A stretch of DNA of 64,000 nucleotides from Acidobacteriota bacterium (GCA_963666215.2 CAXWPL010000003.1:224001-288000); one strand, 5' to 3'; shown: positions 28,470 to 41,240, numbered from the stretch's first letter. The notes: generated by a model from the letters alone, not told the origin. Program-made: numbers and translations.

Positions 28470-29855
28470 TCACACGAACCGACGTGACTTGGCGCGACCG
28501 CCCTTGATGAAGCCCTCATAGTGGCGCATCACGAGCTGACTCTCGATCTGCCGCACCGTGTCCATCGCCACGCCAACCAAAATCAGCAGGGACGTGCCGC
28601 CGAAGAAGAACGTCACCCCGAGGCCTTCCGTTACCCAGAGGGGCAACCATGTATCGATGACGGGGCCAACAATTGGAATCGGCTCCACCTTGAAGCCCGA
28701 AATCAAGAACTGCGGCAGGATTGCCACCGACGCCAGATACACCGAGCCCACCAGGGTCAGGCGCGTCAGGACGTCGTCGATGTACGTCGCCGTGCGATGG
28801 CCCGGCCGGATGCCCGGTATGAAGCCGCCGTACTTGCGCATGTTGTCGGCCACATCTTGCGGGTTGAAGATGATCGCGGTGTAGAAGTAGCAGAAGAAGA
28901 TGATTCCGCCGATGTAGATCAGGTTGTACAGCGGCATCCCCATCCCCAGCTGCGCGCTAACCGCGTCTGCCCACGGATGGTCGATGAACTGCGTGATCGT
29001 CTGCGGAAACATGATGATCGACGACGCGAAGATCACCGGAATGACGCCGCCGGTGTTGATTCGGATCGGCAGGTGAGTGCTCTGACCGCCATAGAGCTTG
29101 CGCCCCACAACGCGCTTGGCGTACTGCACCGGTATTCGCCGTTGCGCACTCTCCATCAACACCACGAAGGCCGTCACCGCCACCATCACGATGACGAGCA
29201 CCGCGAGGGTGAGGATGTTCATGCTGCCCGCCGCGAGCTGCTGATACGTCTGGATCAGCGCGATCGGCAGATTCACCGCGATGCCGCCGAAGATGATCAG
29301 TGAGATACCGTTGCCGATTCCTCGCTCGGTGATCTGCTCGCCCAACCACATCAGGAACGCGGTCCCGGTCGTGAGCGTGAGAATCGTCATCAAGCGAAAG
29401 CCCCAGCCGGGCGAGTCGACGAACGGGATTCCAGACGGACTGCTGTTGCTCTCGAGAAAGATGCTGATCGCCGTGCCCTGGATCATCGATAGCAGAATCG
29501 TGCCGTAGCGCGTGTAGGTGGTGATCTTCTTGCGCCCGAGGTCGCCCTCCTTCTGTAGGCGCTCGAGATAGGGCACCACGACGGTGAGCAGCTGCAGAAT
29601 GATCGACGACGAGATGTACGGCATGATGCCGAGCGCGAAGATCGTCATCTGCGAGAGCGCGCCCCCGGAGAACAGATTGACGAACCCGAAGAACGTCCCC
29701 TGCAGCGATTCGAACAGCTCGAGCACTGCCGAGCTGTTGACGCCCGGCGTCGGGATATTGGCCCCCACGCGGAAAACCGAGAGCAACCCGAACGTGTACA
29801 AAATGCGATTGCGCAGCTCCGGAATGGCGAACATGTTCCGGAGGCCGTCAATCAT
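28470..29855 (-). CDS. secY: Preprotein translocase SecY
   Basis: [39 protein letters not shown]. Confidence 0.99.
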   Translation of the reverse strand: MIDGLRNMFAIPELRNRILYTFGLLSVFRVGANIPTPGVNSSAVLELFESLQGTFFGFVNLFSGGALSQMTIFALGIMPYISSSIILQLLTVVVPYLERLQKEGDLGRKKITTYTRYGTILLSMIQGTAISIFLESNSSPSGIPFVDSPGWGFRLMTILTLTTGTAFLMWLGEQITERGIGNGISLIIFGGIAVNLPIALIQTYQQLAAGSMNILTLAVLVIVMVAVTAFVVLMESAQRRIPVQYAKRVVGRKLYGGQSTHLPIRINTGGVIPVIFASSIIMFPQTITQFIDHPWADAVSAQLGMGMPLYNLIYIGGIIFFCYFYTAIIFNPQDVADNMRKYGGFIPGIRPGHRTATYIDDVLTRLTLVGSVYLASVAILPQFLISGFKVEPIPIVGPVIDTWLPLWVTEGLGVTFFFGGTSLLILVGVAMDTVRQIESQLVMRHYEGFIKGGRAKSRRFV

Positions 29856-30295
29856 TGAACGACCTCAGCAACCCCACCCGACGCCTCGATCTTGCTGACT
29901 GCGGAGCTCGTGAAGCGGTGCACTTTGATCGTCAGCGCGACACCGAGCTCTCCGCGGCCCATCACCACAATCTTGTCGAAGCCGCCCTTGATGATGCCGG
30001 CCTCGCGGAGCGCGTCGGCGTCGACCACACTGCCTGCCTTGAAGGCGGCCAAACGGTCAAGGTTGACCTCGGCCCACTCGAGCCGGAACGGATTCTTGAA
30101 GCCACGCTTGGGGATGCGGCGAACGAGCGGCATCTGACCGCCCTCGAAGCCGACCTTGCGGCTGTAGCCTGAGCGGGACTTGGCACCGTTCTCGCCTCGG
30201 CCGCTGGTCTTGCCATGGCCGGAGGCGCGACCGCGCCCTACCCGCTTGCGACTGCGTCGGCTTCCCTCTTTGGGCCGTGCGTCGTGAACCTTCAC
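29852..30295 (-). CDS. rplO: 50S ribosomal protein L15
   Basis: [23 protein letters not shown]. Confidence 0.98.
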   Translation of the reverse strand: MKVHDARPKEGSRRSRKRVGRGRASGHGKTSGRGENGAKSRSGYSRKVGFEGGQMPLVRRIPKRGFKNPFRLEWAEVNLDRLAAFKAGSVVDADALREAGIIKGGFDKIVVMGRGELGVALTIKVHRFTSSAVSKIEASGGVAEVVQ

Positions 30296-30299
30296 CTGA

Positions 30300-30488
30300 C
30301 TAACCCTCCGAGACCTTCACGAGATGTGCAACAACGTTGATGGCGCCCCGGGTTCTCGGGTTGTCATCGCGCTCGACTTGATGCCCGATGCGCCGCAGCC
30401 CGAGTCCGAGCAGGGCTTCACGCTGTTTGCGCGGCCGCCCGATGGTGCTCCGCACCTGTTGGATTGTCAGTTTCTTGGTCTTTGCCAC
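30300..30488 (-). CDS. rpmD: 50S ribosomal protein L30
   Basis: [10 protein letters not shown]...LGLRRI; operon position. Confidence 0.96.
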   Translation of the reverse strand: MAKTKKLTIQQVRSTIGRPRKQREALLGLGLRRIGHQVERDDNPRTRGAINVVAHLVKVSEG

Positions 30489-30537
30489 TGTCGTGTTTCC
30501 TAGCTACGCGACTCAGTACGGTTGCGCGCGATTACGC

Positions 30538-31080
30538 CTACCGCCAGGTCCGAGAGGCCGCCGTCAGGTGCTCCAGCGGCACACCGCGAACGCGCGCCAC
30601 GCGCACCGGATCCTTGAGCTGCAACAAAGCGTCGAATGTTGCCTTGAGCATGTTGTGCGGGTTGCGTGAGCCGATGCACTTGGTGAGCACGTCGTGGATG
30701 CCCGCAAGCTCGACAACAGCACGCACGGCCGCGCCGGCGATGACACCGGTACCCGGCGAAGCTGGCTTCAAAAGCACCCTACCTGCGCCGTAACGCCCCA
30801 TCGCTTCGTGAGGAATCGTGCCACCCACCAGCGGCACACGTATCAGCCCCTTTTGCGCCTCCTGATGCCCCTTGCGGATGGCCAGCTGCACTTCACGCGC
30901 CTTGCCCAGCCCATAACCAACGTGGCCGTGGCGATCGCCGACGACAACGATAGCGTTGAAGCTGAGGTTCTTGCCGCCCTTGACAACTTTGGTCACGCGA
31001 TTGATCACCACCACGGTGTCCTGGAGCTCGTGCTCCAGGCTTCCCGCGTCGACGCGCTCGATACGCTGATCGAAGCCCAT
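30538..31080 (-). CDS. rpsE: 30S ribosomal protein S5
   Basis: [25 protein letters not shown]; start ATG 31080. Confidence 0.98.
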   Translation of the reverse strand: MGFDQRIERVDAGSLEHELQDTVVVINRVTKVVKGGKNLSFNAIVVVGDRHGHVGYGLGKAREVQLAIRKGHQEAQKGLIRVPLVGGTIPHEAMGRYGAGRVLLKPASPGTGVIAGAAVRAVVELAGIHDVLTKCIGSRNPHNMLKATFDALLQLKDPVRVARVRGVPLEHLTAASRTWR

Positions 31081-31102
31081 TCCGTTTAGTCCCTGTAGAG
31101 AA

Positions 31103-31480
31103 TCAGAACGACAACCCCGCCTCGCGGGCTGCGTCTGCCACCGCGCGAACGCGGCCGTGATAAGCGTAGCCACCGCGGTCAAAGACTACGGCAAGAAGGC
31201 CGGCCGCCTTGGCGCGCTCAGCCAACAGCTTGCCTGCCGCGCTGGCCGCGGCCACGGTTGTGCCGCGGGCGAAACCAAGATCCCGGAAAGCCGTTTCCTG
31301 TGTCGACACTGAAGCCAACGTGCGGCCGGACTCGTCGTCGACGAGCTGCAGACACAAGTGCTGGCTCGAGCGGAAAACGGACAACCGGGGTCGGTCCGCG
31401 CGTCCTGCCAACTTGCGTCGCACGCGGCGGCGAACCGCCTGTCGTCGCTCTTCCTTCTTCTTTCGTCGATTGACCTTCAT
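31103..31480 (-). CDS. rplR: 50S ribosomal protein L18
   Basis: [22 protein letters not shown]. Confidence 0.98.
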   Translation of the reverse strand: MKVNRRKKKEERRQAVRRRVRRKLAGRADRPRLSVFRSSQHLCLQLVDDESGRTLASVSTQETAFRDLGFARGTTVAAASAAGKLLAERAKAAGLLAVVFDRGGYAYHGRVRAVADAAREAGLSF

Positions 31481-31545
31481 GTTGCCCTATCCAGTTTCGG
31501 TTCGTGAGGCGTCGTCGGCTGGCCAACGGCCAGAGCGGATCCGCG

Positions 31546-32088
31546 TTAAGTAGCAGCGGCCGCCTTGCCCACCTTGGTGCGCACCAGCTCGCCGGAGTAT
31601 CGAATGCCCTTGCCCTTGTAGGCGTCCGGCGGGCGAAAGCGCCGAATGCGCGCGGCAATCTCTCCAACCCACTGCTTGTCTATGCCCTCGACGCGGATCT
31701 TCGTGGGCTCTGGAGCGTCAATCGAAACTCCCTCGGGGACGGCGAATTCCACCGCGTGCGAGAAGCCGAGCTGCATGGTCAGCGTCTTGCCGGTCGTGGC
31801 GGCGCGATAGCCGATCCCATGAATCTCCAGGTCGATGACAAACCCTTCGGATACTCCATGAACGGCGTTCGCAGCGAGCGAACGCGCCAAGCCATGGAAC
31901 GCGCGCGTCTGCTTGCTCTCGTCGGCGCGCTTGGCAACCAGGCTCGTGTCTTCCTGCTCGAAGCTGATCCCTGGCGGAACCGCAGAGGACATCTCGCCCT
32001 TGCCGCCCTTGATCACCAGCTTGTCCGACTGGATGTCTACACTGACACCCGGCGGCAGCTCTATGGGTTTCTTACCTATTCGTGACAT
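31546..32088 (-). CDS. rplF: 50S ribosomal protein L6
   Basis: MSRIGKKPI, PDAYKGKGIRY. Confidence 0.99.
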   Translation of the reverse strand: MSRIGKKPIELPPGVSVDIQSDKLVIKGGKGEMSSAVPPGISFEQEDTSLVAKRADESKQTRAFHGLARSLAANAVHGVSEGFVIDLEIHGIGYRAATTGKTLTMQLGFSHAVEFAVPEGVSIDAPEPTKIRVEGIDKQWVGEIAARIRRFRPPDAYKGKGIRYSGELVRTKVGKAAAAT

Positions 32089-32090
32089 CG

Positions 32091-32486
32091 CTACCAGACC
32101 CTACACAGAACCTCGCCGCCCACTCCGTGTTCGCGGCACTGGCGATCGGTAAGCAGACCTCGCGAGGTGGACACAATCGCCACGCCGAGGCCATTGAGCA
32201 CGGTGGGAACGTCCGCCTTGCCGCAGTACACCCTGCGGCCAGGCTTGCTGACCCGCTCGATACCCGTGATCACGGGTCGGCGGCCAGGTAAATACTTCAA
32301 GTCCACGCTGATCGTGCCTTGAGGCCCCGTCGGATCGGACGCCGTAGCGTTGACGTAGCCCTCCTCGCGGAGAATTCGGGCGATCTCCCGCTTCGTGTTC
32401 GAGGCCGGAATTTGCACGGAATCGTGCTTGGCCATCATCGCGTTGCGGATACGCGTGAGCATGTCGGCAATCGGGTCCGTCATCAT
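32091..32486 (-). CDS. rpsH: 30S ribosomal protein S8
   Basis: TDPIADMLTRIRN, VSKPGRRVY, GGEVLC. Confidence 0.99.
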   Translation of the reverse strand: MMTDPIADMLTRIRNAMMAKHDSVQIPASNTKREIARILREEGYVNATASDPTGPQGTISVDLKYLPGRRPVITGIERVSKPGRRVYCGKADVPTVLNGLGVAIVSTSRGLLTDRQCREHGVGGEVLCRVW

Positions 32487-32496
32487 GGCTGGATAC

Positions 32497-32682
32497 CTAC
32501 CAACTCGCCTTGCGCACTCCCGGAATCTCCCCCGCAAGCGAACGCATGCGGAAGCAAATCCGGCAGAGCTGGAACTTTCTCATGTAGGCGCGCGACCGAC
32601 CGCAGCACCGACACCTGTTGACGGCGCGCGAGCTGAACTTCGGCTTGCGCTTCGACTTTACGATCCAAGCAGTGGTCGCCAA
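32497..32682 (-). CDS. rpsN: 30S ribosomal protein S14 (short Zn-binding type)
   Basis: RCRCCGR...LCRICFR...[11 protein letters not shown]. Confidence 0.97.
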   Translation of the reverse strand: MATTAWIVKSKRKPKFSSRAVNRCRCCGRSRAYMRKFQLCRICFRMRSLAGEIPGVRKASW

Positions 32683-32706
32683 GGCAGTCTTCCTTTGTTC
32701 TGTTCT

Positions 32707-33258
32707 CTAGCGATCGTCGCGACGGAAGGGCATTCCCATGCCCGCGAGTAGCGACCTCGCCTCCTCATCCGAAACGGCGGAGGTGCAAATCGTTACGTTC
32801 ATGCCCCGTACACGATCGACCTTGGTGTAATCGATCTCGGTAAAGATGAGCTGATCCTTGAGCCCGACGGTGTAGTTGCCGCGCCCATCGAACGACCGCC
32901 GCGGCACCCCACGGAAATCCCGCACACGCGGAAGCGTGATCGTGATCAGGCGATCGAAAAATTCGTACATCAGTGGGCCGCGCAAGGTTACCGATACTCC
33001 GATCGGCATCCCTTCACGTAGTTTGAACGAAGCGATTGACTTGCGCGCGCGCCTCACCGCCGGCTTCTGCCCGGTGATTGCGGCGAGCTCCTCCATCGCC
33101 TTGTCGAGTTCCTTGATGTCCTGGGTCGCCGAACCCACTCCCATGTTGACGCTGATCTTCACGAGCCGCGGCACGGCCATCGGGTTGCCGTAGTCGTGCT
33201 CCTTCATGAGCTTCGGAAGGAGCTCGTCGTCGAAGAACTTCTTGAGTCGTGGAGCCAT
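32707..33258 (-). CDS. rplE: 50S ribosomal protein L5
   Basis: [23 protein letters not shown]. Confidence 0.99.
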   Translation of the reverse strand: MAPRLKKFFDDELLPKLMKEHDYGNPMAVPRLVKISVNMGVGSATQDIKELDKAMEELAAITGQKPAVRRARKSIASFKLREGMPIGVSVTLRGPLMYEFFDRLITITLPRVRDFRGVPRRSFDGRGNYTVGLKDQLIFTEIDYTKVDRVRGMNVTICTSAVSDEEARSLLAGMGMPFRRDDR

Positions 33259-33264
33259 CAGTTC

Positions 33265-33594
33265 TTAGTTCTTATCAATGATGCCGCCTTGGCGGCTAAC
33301 TCTGACCTTGGAGCCGTCTTCGAGACGCTTCCAACCCACCCGGGTAGGAGCGTTGGTCTCGGGGCAGACAACTGCGACATTCGACACATGCAGCGGCGCT
33401 TCGCTCTCGATAACGCCACCCTTGATCTTCTTGCTCGGATTGGCCTTCACCGCTCGGCGCGCCAGATTGACCCCCTCGACGAGCACCTGCTGTTTGCGGC
33501 GATCGACCTGCAGGACACGACCACTCTTGCCACGGTCACGCCCGGCGATGATGTACACCGTGTCTTCCTTGCGAACCTTGGACGCGCGCGACAC
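33265..33594 (-). CDS. rplX: 50S ribosomal protein L24
   Basis: IAGRDRGKSG, EAPLHVSNV. Confidence 0.98.
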   Translation of the reverse strand: MSRASKVRKEDTVYIIAGRDRGKSGRVLQVDRRKQQVLVEGVNLARRAVKANPSKKIKGGVIESEAPLHVSNVAVVCPETNAPTRVGWKRLEDGSKVRVSRQGGIIDKN

Positions 33595-33965
33595 TACAGC
33601 ACCTCCGGGGCAAGGGAGACGATCTTCATGAAGCGACGCTCTCTCAGCTCGCGCCCAACCGGGCCGAAGACACGGGTCCCGATCGGATCGCCATTATCCG
33701 AGATCAACACGGCGGCGTTATTGTCGAAGCGGATGTACGACCCATCCTTGCGGCCGGTCTCCTTGCGCGTACGAACGACCACGGCACGGACAACCGTGCC
33801 TTTCTTAACCGTGCCATGCGGCGTGGCCTCCTTCACCGACGCCGAGATGATGTCGCCGAGGCCGGCCACCCTCGACACGCTCGAGCCGCCGATGCGCTGG
33901 ATGCACGCGATCTTGCGCGCGCCGGAGTTGTCGGCAACGTCGAGAATCGTCTGCATCTGAATCAT
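33594..33965 (-). CDS. rplN: 50S ribosomal protein L14
   Basis: [21 protein letters not shown]. Confidence 0.99.
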   Translation of the reverse strand: MIQMQTILDVADNSGARKIACIQRIGGSSVSRVAGLGDIISASVKEATPHGTVKKGTVVRAVVVRTRKETGRKDGSYIRFDNNAAVLISDNGDPIGTRVFGPVGRELRERRFMKIVSLAPEVL

Positions 33966-34023
33966 GGCGAATTCTCCGAAGAGCTATCCCGCTCACGCGA
34001 GCTGACCCTCAGCGTCACTAGCT

Positions 34024-34308
34024 TCACGACCCTGGCGCTTTCTGAAGGATCTCGGTCACCCGCCAGAGCTTGCGCGCCGAAAGCGGGCGGCTCTCGATGA
34101 GTCGCACTCGATCGCCTACTCGGCATTCGTTGCGCTCATCGTGAGCCATGAACTTGGTACGAGTACGTACGACCTTGGTGTACAGCGGATGACGCGAGTT
34201 TCGCTCGACCGTAACGACGACCGACTTGTCCATCGAGTCGCTCGAGACCACGCCAACTTCTTGTCGGCGTCCGCCACGCGAATCCGCCTTGGCTCCCTGC
34301 TCGACCAT
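34024..34308 (-). CDS. rpsQ: 30S ribosomal protein S17
   Basis: [25 protein letters not shown]. Confidence 0.98.
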   Translation of the reverse strand: MVEQGAKADSRGGRRQEVGVVSSDSMDKSVVVTVERNSRHPLYTKVVRTRTKFMAHDERNECRVGDRVRLIESRPLSARKLWRVTEILQKAPGS

Positions 34309-34553
34309 TATGACTGCGCCTCTTGCGCCTGATCATGACCACTGGAATGTTTGGCCGCCGCGCGGCCGATCTCACGCTCGCGCCTAATCGTGAGCACGCG
34401 GGCGATCTCGCGCCGCACCTTACTCAGGGTCGCGGCGCTCTCCACCTGTCCCGTTGTCTTCTGAAATCGCAGCTTGAAGGCCTGCTCGCGCAGGTCGCGG
34501 AGCCGGTTGTCCAGCTCCCCCTCCGCCATGCCACGCAGCTCTTCGGCTAGCAC
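34308..34553 (-). CDS. rpmC: 50S ribosomal protein L29
   Basis: [19 protein letters not shown]. Confidence 0.96.
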   Translation of the reverse strand: MLAEELRGMAEGELDNRLRDLREQAFKLRFQKTTGQVESAATLSKVRREIARVLTIRREREIGRAAAKHSSGHDQAQEAQS

Positions 34554-34972
34554 GTCAGCTCCTCCAGCCTGCGCTTAACGAACTTCGTGGGAATCGGCAA
34601 CTTGGCGGAGGCACGCTTCATCGCCTCGCGGGCGACTGCTTCCTCTACCCCCTCGATTTCGTACATGATGCGGCCAGGCCTCACCACTGCCACCCAGAAC
34701 TCGGGCGCGCCTTTTCCCTTACCCATCCTCACCTCTGCCGGCTTCTTGGTGACAGGCTTGTCGGGAAAGATACGAATCCAAATCTTGCCACCACGCTTCA
34801 CGTGCCGCGTCATCGCGACACGAGCCGCCTCGATCTGTCGGGCGGTGATCCAGGCCGCTGACTGCGCCTGAAGACCAAACTCGCCGAACGCAACCGTACC
34901 CCCACGCAGCGCCTTGCCGCGGCGACGGCCGCGATGGTGCTTGCGGTATTTGACCTTCTTCGGCATCAACAT
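34547..34972 (-). CDS. rplP: 50S ribosomal protein L16
   Basis: [18 protein letters not shown]. Confidence 0.99.
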   Translation of the reverse strand: MLMPKKVKYRKHHRGRRRGKALRGGTVAFGEFGLQAQSAAWITARQIEAARVAMTRHVKRGGKIWIRIFPDKPVTKKPAEVRMGKGKGAPEFWVAVVRPGRIMYEIEGVEEAVAREAMKRASAKLPIPTKFVKRRLEELTC

Positions 34973-35051
34973 CGGCGTACCCTAATCTCGCAAATCTCGT
35001 GCTGTGTCTTGATCCGTCGTGCCCTTGCTGCCGGGCTGGTAGCTCGCGACT

Positions 35052-35705
35052 TCAGAGACCTGCTGTCCGCGCCATCCCCGGACTCAGAATCTCGCCTCGA
35101 TAAACCCACACCTTCACACCAATCCGGCCATATGTCGTGGCGGCCTCGGCGAACCCGTAGTCGATGTCGGCGCGCAGTGTGTGCAGCGGCAGCTTGCCGC
35201 TCAGATACCACTCGGCACGCGAAATCTCGAGGCCACCCAATCGACCGGCACAGCGGATCTTGACACCTTCGGCGCCAAAGCGTTCTGCGTTCTCAACGGC
35301 CTTGCGCATCGCCCGTCGGAAGGCGATCCGGCGCTCGAGCTGAGTGGCCACATTTTCGGCAACCAGCTGCGCGTCGGTCTCGGGCCTATGCACTTCCTGG
35401 ATGTTGATGAAGACCTCGCGGCCGGTCTGCTGCTCGATCTTGCTCTTGAGGCGATCAACCTCAGTACCCTTGCGACCGATCACGATTCCCGGACGAGCTG
35501 TGTGGATCTCGATCTTGAGCTTGTTCGCAGCACGCTCGATCTCCACCTTGGAGATGCCAGCATGACGCAGTCGATCGTGCAGCATCGTGCGCAGCTCGAT
35601 GTCCTCGTGCAACAGGTTGGCGTAGTCCTTCCCGGCGAACCAGCGCGAGCGCCAGTCCTTTGTATAGCCGAGGCGGAAGCCGAGCGGATGTACCTTCTGG
35701 CCCAC
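35052..35705 (-). CDS. rpsC: 30S ribosomal protein S3
   Basis: [33 protein letters not shown]. Confidence 0.99.
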   Translation of the reverse strand: MGQKVHPLGFRLGYTKDWRSRWFAGKDYANLLHEDIELRTMLHDRLRHAGISKVEIERAANKLKIEIHTARPGIVIGRKGTEVDRLKSKIEQQTGREVFINIQEVHRPETDAQLVAENVATQLERRIAFRRAMRKAVENAERFGAEGVKIRCAGRLGGLEISRAEWYLSGKLPLHTLRADIDYGFAEAATTYGRIGVKVWVYRGEILSPGMARTAGL

Positions 35706-35706
35706 G

Positions 35707-36072
35707 CTAGCTCTCTTTCTCGCCCAGCTTCACGGTAATGTGGCTGGTCCGCTTGATGATCGGGAAAGCCCGGCCCATTGGCTGGGGTCGAATCCGTGGC
35801 GGCAGTGACGGACCCGGATCGACGAAGATCTCCGCAACATACAGCTCATCGACGTCGACATCTGGACGCCGATCCTCGGCGTTCGCGATTGCCGCGCGTA
35901 GCACCTTCTCGAGCGCAGCTGAGGCCCTGCGCTTGGAGAGTTGCAACCGCCCGAGCGCGTCTTGCACGTTGACGCCGCGGATCGTATTGGCGACGAGTCG
36001 GTACTTCGTCGGCGATCCCCGCTGGTAACGCGCCCGTGCAACCGCAACCGGGTCGAACTCGGTGCTAGCCAT
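35707..36072 (-). CDS. rplV: 50S ribosomal protein L22
   Basis: [22 protein letters not shown]. Confidence 0.97.
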   Translation of the reverse strand: MASTEFDPVAVARARYQRGSPTKYRLVANTIRGVNVQDALGRLQLSKRRASAALEKVLRAAIANAEDRRPDVDVDELYVAEIFVDPGPSLPPRIRPQPMGRAFPIIKRTSHITVKLGEKES

Positions 36073-36143
36073 AGTCTGGTGAGTCTCGTTGGTTCTCGTT
36101 AATTCTCATGTCTCGGTGAATGGCGCCCGGTTGAGGCCCTGCT

Positions 36144-36431
36144 CTACCGGAAGCCGGTCTTACGGTCTGACCTGCCACCCGCGTGCGACCGGAACGTGCG
36201 CGTGGGGGCGAACTCGCCCAGCTTGTGGCCAACCATGTTCTCGGTGATGTACACGGGGATGAACCGCTTGCCGTTGTGAACGGCCAGCGTGTGTCCCACC
36301 ATTTCCGGAACGATAGTCGAGCGCCGCGACCATGTCTTGATCACGTTGCGGTCGCCCGCGGCGTTCATCGCGTCGACCTTCTTGCGCAGCGAGGGCTCGA
36401 CGTACGGCCCCTTCTTCAGCGACCTGGTCAT
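36144..36431 (-). CDS. rpsS: 30S ribosomal protein S19
   Basis: [25 protein letters not shown]. Confidence 0.99.
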   Translation of the reverse strand: MTRSLKKGPYVEPSLRKKVDAMNAAGDRNVIKTWSRRSTIVPEMVGHTLAVHNGKRFIPVYITENMVGHKLGEFAPTRTFRSHAGGRSDRKTGFR

Positions 36432-36434
36432 CTT

Positions 36435-37274
36435 CTATTTTCTCCTGCGTCCCTGGTCGCGCCGCCGCACGATCCACTTGCCAGTTCTGCGGTTGCGGCG
36501 TGTCTTGGCGCCCTTCGTGGGCTTACCCCACGGTGTACATGGATGGCGCCCACCGGAGGCCTTGCCCTCGCCACCTCCCATCGGGTGGTCCACTGGGTTC
36601 ATCGCCACGCCGCGAGTATGCGGACGGCGACCGAGCCAGCGACGCCGGCCCGCCTTGCCATACGACTGGTTCGAATGCTCGCTGTTGCCCACCGCACCGA
36701 TCACCGCGCGGCAGTCGAGGTGGATCAGCCGTACCTCGTGCGACGGCAACCGAATTTGGGCGTAACGGCCCTCCTTGGCTGCGACCGTCGCCTGCGTCCC
36801 TGCGCTGCGAGCAATCTGCGCGCCCTTGCCCGGCTTCATTTCGATACAGGAAACAGTCGTGCCGAGCGGGATGGCGCGCAGCGGTAGAGCGTTGCCGGGG
36901 CGGATGTCGGCGTTGACGCCCGACATCAGCGTGTCCCCCACTTCCACTCCAGCCTGAGCGACGATGTAGCGCTTCTCGCCATCAACATAGTGCAGCAGCG
37001 CGATGCGCGCCGAGCGGTTGGGGTCGTACTCGATCGTAGCCACCTTCGCCGGCACACCATCCTTGTCGCGGCGGAAGTCGATCTCACGATAGCGACGTCG
37101 ATGGCCGCCGCCACGGTGACGGATCGTGATTTGCCCCTTGTGGTTACGCCCCGAGATGCGACGCTTGCCCGAGGTGAGCTTCTTGTTGGGCTTGCTCGCT
37201 GTCAGCTCGGCGAAGTCGGGGCCCTTGCGGAACCGCGATCCCGGCGATGTCGGCTTGAGCTGTCTCATGGCCAT
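36435..37274 (-). CDS. rplB: 50S ribosomal protein L2
   Basis: [25 protein letters not shown]; start ATG 37274. Confidence 0.99.
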   Translation of the reverse strand: MAMRQLKPTSPGSRFRKGPDFAELTASKPNKKLTSGKRRISGRNHKGQITIRHRGGGHRRRYREIDFRRDKDGVPAKVATIEYDPNRSARIALLHYVDGEKRYIVAQAGVEVGDTLMSGVNADIRPGNALPLRAIPLGTTVSCIEMKPGKGAQIARSAGTQATVAAKEGRYAQIRLPSHEVRLIHLDCRAVIGAVGNSEHSNQSYGKAGRRRWLGRRPHTRGVAMNPVDHPMGGGEGKASGGRHPCTPWGKPTKGAKTRRNRRTGKWIVRRRDQGRRRK

Positions 37275-37278
37275 CGGC

Positions 37279-37569
37279 TTACACCCCTTCGAAGTACTCG
37301 ACCATCTTTTGGCCTTCGGCAACGCGGACGTATGCCTTCTTCCATCCGGCCCGGTGCCCGACATGCCGCCCGAGCCTCTTGGGCTTGGCGCGCACGTTCA
37401 TGACCCGAACGTTGTCCACGCGCACCTTAAAGATCGATTCCACAGCCCGCCTCACGTCGACCGCGGTGGCCCGCCGGTCCACCTCGAAGCAAAGGGTGCG
37501 CTGCCCTTCCTTCATGACCGTCGCCTTTTCGGTGATGACCGGGCGTCGAATAACGTCGTGCGCGTTCAT
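37279..37569 (-). CDS. rplW: 50S ribosomal protein L23
   Basis: PVITEKA, WKKAYV. Confidence 0.97.
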   Translation of the reverse strand: MNAHDVIRRPVITEKATVMKEGQRTLCFEVDRRATAVDVRRAVESIFKVRVDNVRVMNVRAKPKRLGRHVGHRAGWKKAYVRVAEGQKMVEYFEGV

Positions 37570-38189
37570 CGAAGCGCCTCGCTGATACGGGCGATGCCCG
37601 CCTGACTGGTCAGCAGGTTGTCGTGCAGCAGCAGATCGTAGGCTGAGAGTCCGTAGCCACTCACGACGGAGGTGTTCGGCAGGTTGCGCGCGGCGAGCGC
37701 AAGCTGGTTGTTGGCCTCGGGTACGTAGATCAAGGTCTTCCCCTCGAGCCCGAGAGACTTCAAAAGCTCGACGACGCGACGTGTTCTCGGCTCGTCGATG
37801 CCAATCTCGTCGACCACACAGATATTGCCCTCGCTGTACAAGCTCGAGAGCGCCATCTGCAGCGCGAGCCTCATCTTGCGTCGCGGCATCTTCTGCGCGT
37901 AGCTGCGCGGCTGCGGCCCGAACGTCACGCCACCCTTTCGCAAGAGCGGGCTACGTCGATCGCCCTGCCGAGCCCTACCCGTGCCCTTCTGGCGGAACGG
38001 CTTCTTCTTGGTGCCATGGACCTCGGCACGTGTCCGTGTAGAGTGCGTTCCCTGCCGACTGGACGCACGAACATACACAACAGCTTCGTGCAGCACGCTC
38101 AGCTTGATCCGCCGCTCGAAGGCTCCCGCCTCCACGGCGACGGAGCCGACGACCTTGTTGTCGCGATCGCGAACGTCGAGAGTCGACAT
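37566..38189 (-). CDS. rplD: 50S ribosomal protein L4
   Basis: KPFRQKGTGRARQG, FGPQPR, ARNLP. Confidence 0.98.
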   Translation of the reverse strand: MSTLDVRDRDNKVVGSVAVEAGAFERRIKLSVLHEAVVYVRASSRQGTHSTRTRAEVHGTKKKPFRQKGTGRARQGDRRSPLLRKGGVTFGPQPRSYAQKMPRRKMRLALQMALSSLYSEGNICVVDEIGIDEPRTRRVVELLKSLGLEGKTLIYVPEANNQLALAARNLPNTSVVSGYGLSAYDLLLHDNLLTSQAGIARISEALR

Positions 38190-38253
38190 CGCTCAGGCCC
38201 TCTTGGTTATGTGGGTCTTGATCATCACAGTCTTGATCTTCATGGTGACCGGC

Positions 38254-38883
38254 TCAGCCGGCCTGCTTGATGAGCACATAACCGTTGCGCGCACCGGGCA
38301 CCGAGCCCTTGACCAGCAGGAGATGGTTGTCGGCGTCGACCTTTACGACGCTTACGCGGCGCTCGGTAACACGCTTGTTGCCCATCTGTCCGGGCATCTT
38401 CTTGCCCTTGAACACCTTCGCCGGCCAGGCAGCTTGCCCGATCGATCCTGGCGAACGATGGAACATCGAGCCGTGCGTCGCCTTGCCGCCGCGAAAGCCG
38501 TAGCGGCGCATCACGCCCTGAAATCCCTTGCCCTTCGAAGTCGCGACGATGTCCACCTTGTCGATGCCCTCGAAGAGCTCGACGGTCAGGCGGTCGCCTA
38601 ACTCTGGATCGTTGGCCCCGTCGGCGAGCCGCAACTCGCGAATCACGCGCACAGCCGGTGAACCTGCCTTGGCGAGATGGCCGCGCTCCGGCTTCGAAAT
38701 GCGATGCGGGCTGAGCCCTTCTTCCAAGTAGCCGATCTGCACGGCACGATAACCATCGCGCTTCTCGTCGCGCACTTGCAGCACGACGCACGGCCCGGCG
38801 CGGAGCACCGTGACAGGCACCTGCCGCCCCGACTCGTCGAAGAGGCGTGTCATCCCGACCTTCTGTCCAATGAGACCGTTCAC
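38254..38883 (-). CDS. rplC: 50S ribosomal protein L3
   Basis: KVGMT, SKGKGFQG, KKMPGQMG, VKGSVPG. Confidence 0.99.
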   Translation of the reverse strand: MNGLIGQKVGMTRLFDESGRQVPVTVLRAGPCVVLQVRDEKRDGYRAVQIGYLEEGLSPHRISKPERGHLAKAGSPAVRVIRELRLADGANDPELGDRLTVELFEGIDKVDIVATSKGKGFQGVMRRYGFRGGKATHGSMFHRSPGSIGQAAWPAKVFKGKKMPGQMGNKRVTERRVSVVKVDADNHLLLVKGSVPGARNGYVLIKQAG

Positions 38884-38895
38884 GATGCTCGCCCG

Positions 38896-39216
38896 CTAGT
38901 GTTCCGGCCCGAAGGCCTTGATCTCAACGTCCACGCCGGCCGGCAAGTCGAGCTTCATCAGCGCGTCTACCGTCTGTGGAGTGGCCTGCAGGATATCGAC
39001 GATGCGCTTGTGGGTACGGATCTCGAACTGCTCACGCGACTTCTTGTCGACGTGCGGAGATCGCAGAACCGTGTAAATCGAGCGCGCCGTCGGCAGCGGG
39101 ATAGGACCAGCCACTTCCGCTCCCGTGCGCTCGGCGGTCTCGACGATCTCGTGCGCGGACTGGTCGAGCACCCGGTGATCGTAGGCCTTGAGTCGAATGC
39201 GGATTTTTTGGTCCAT
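38896..39216 (-). CDS. rpsJ: 30S ribosomal protein S10
   Basis: [24 protein letters not shown]. Confidence 0.99.
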   Translation of the reverse strand: MDQKIRIRLKAYDHRVLDQSAHEIVETAERTGAEVAGPIPLPTARSIYTVLRSPHVDKKSREQFEIRTHKRIVDILQATPQTVDALMKLDLPAGVDVEIKAFGPEH

Positions 39217-39291
39217 CCGTAGCTACCTCAGCTCTACAGCAAGAGCCGCCTGCGTGGTTCGTTATCGATCCGTTAGTCGCGTAGTCGCGGC

Positions 39292-40474
<1,183 letters not shown>

Positions 40475-40580
40475 CAGGCTGTCCTCCGACGCGATTCAGA
40501 CCGGCGTAGCCGACGTAGATCGAGTACCAACGGGTGGACGCGCAAAGGTTGCCCGCCCTGTGATCAAAAATGGGAACAGA

Positions 40581-40655
40581 TGGAGCCCACGACCGGGATT
40601 GAACCGGTGACCTCTTCCTTACCAAGGAAGCGCTCTACCACTGAGCCACGTGGGC
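40581..40655 (-). tRNA. tRNA-Thr(GGT), CCA encoded
   Basis: GCCCACGTGGCTCAGTGGTAGAGC...CTTCC-TT-GGT-AA-GGAAG...GGTTCAATCC...GTGGGCTCCA. Confidence 0.96.
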
Positions 40656-40742
40656 CCGTATTTCCTGCCTTCAGATGTTGGTACAGCGTCCGGTCGAGTC
40701 CCGCGTGCGGGGCGCGCAAGTACCGCATCTCGCCGTGGAGAG

Positions 40743-40816
40743 AGCGGGAAACGGGACTCGAACCCGCAACCCCCAGCTTGGAAGGCTGGTGCTCTACCAA
40801 ATTGAGCTATTCCCGC
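40743..40816 (-). tRNA. tRNA-Gly(TCC)
   Basis: GCGGGAATAGCTCAATTTGGTAGAGC...CCAGC-CT-TCC-AA-GCTGG...GGTTCGAGTCC...TTCCCGCT. Confidence 0.96.
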
Positions 40817-41065
40817 CTCGCAACTGGAGTGAACGCTTTTGAGCCCCCGTGCAAGGGACCGTATCTTAGCACCGGGTCCGATGGCCGCCAAGTCGGTCGA
40901 ACGGGGTTTTCTGACCCTTCACGCGGCGCCCCCAGCCGGCATCGGCCAAGGGCTTTCGACGGCCCCCGGTGCTGACGGCGGGCTGACCGCGGTTGGAGGC
41001 CGGCTCCGGAATCGGAGCTCCGGGTCGTGCCGCGATGCAGACCGCGCTTATATCTATATAAGGAG

Positions 41066-41148
41066 TGGGGAGTGGAGGATTCGAACCTCCGTAGGCATAA
41101 GCCGGCAGATTTACAGTCTGCTCCCATTGACCACTCGGGCAACTCCCC
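41066..41148 (-). tRNA. tRNA-Tyr(GTA)
   Basis: GGGGAGTTGCCCGAGTGGTCAATGGGA-GCAGA-CT-GTA-AA-TCTGC, long variable arm, GGTTCGAATCC. Confidence 0.96.
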
Positions 41149-41240
41149 CCCAACACGAAAAGTGCGACGACCCGTCGCGGCACTGCGATGCTCGACCCAA
41201 CCCCGGCCTCCGCGCCCTCGACAAGGCCTCTGTCAACAGG

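Noticed and set aside
38190-38195. Selenocysteine or readthrough at the in-frame TGA before rplD
   Set aside because: rplD has its own SD-like sequence and a normal N-terminus; no SECIS-like evidence identified
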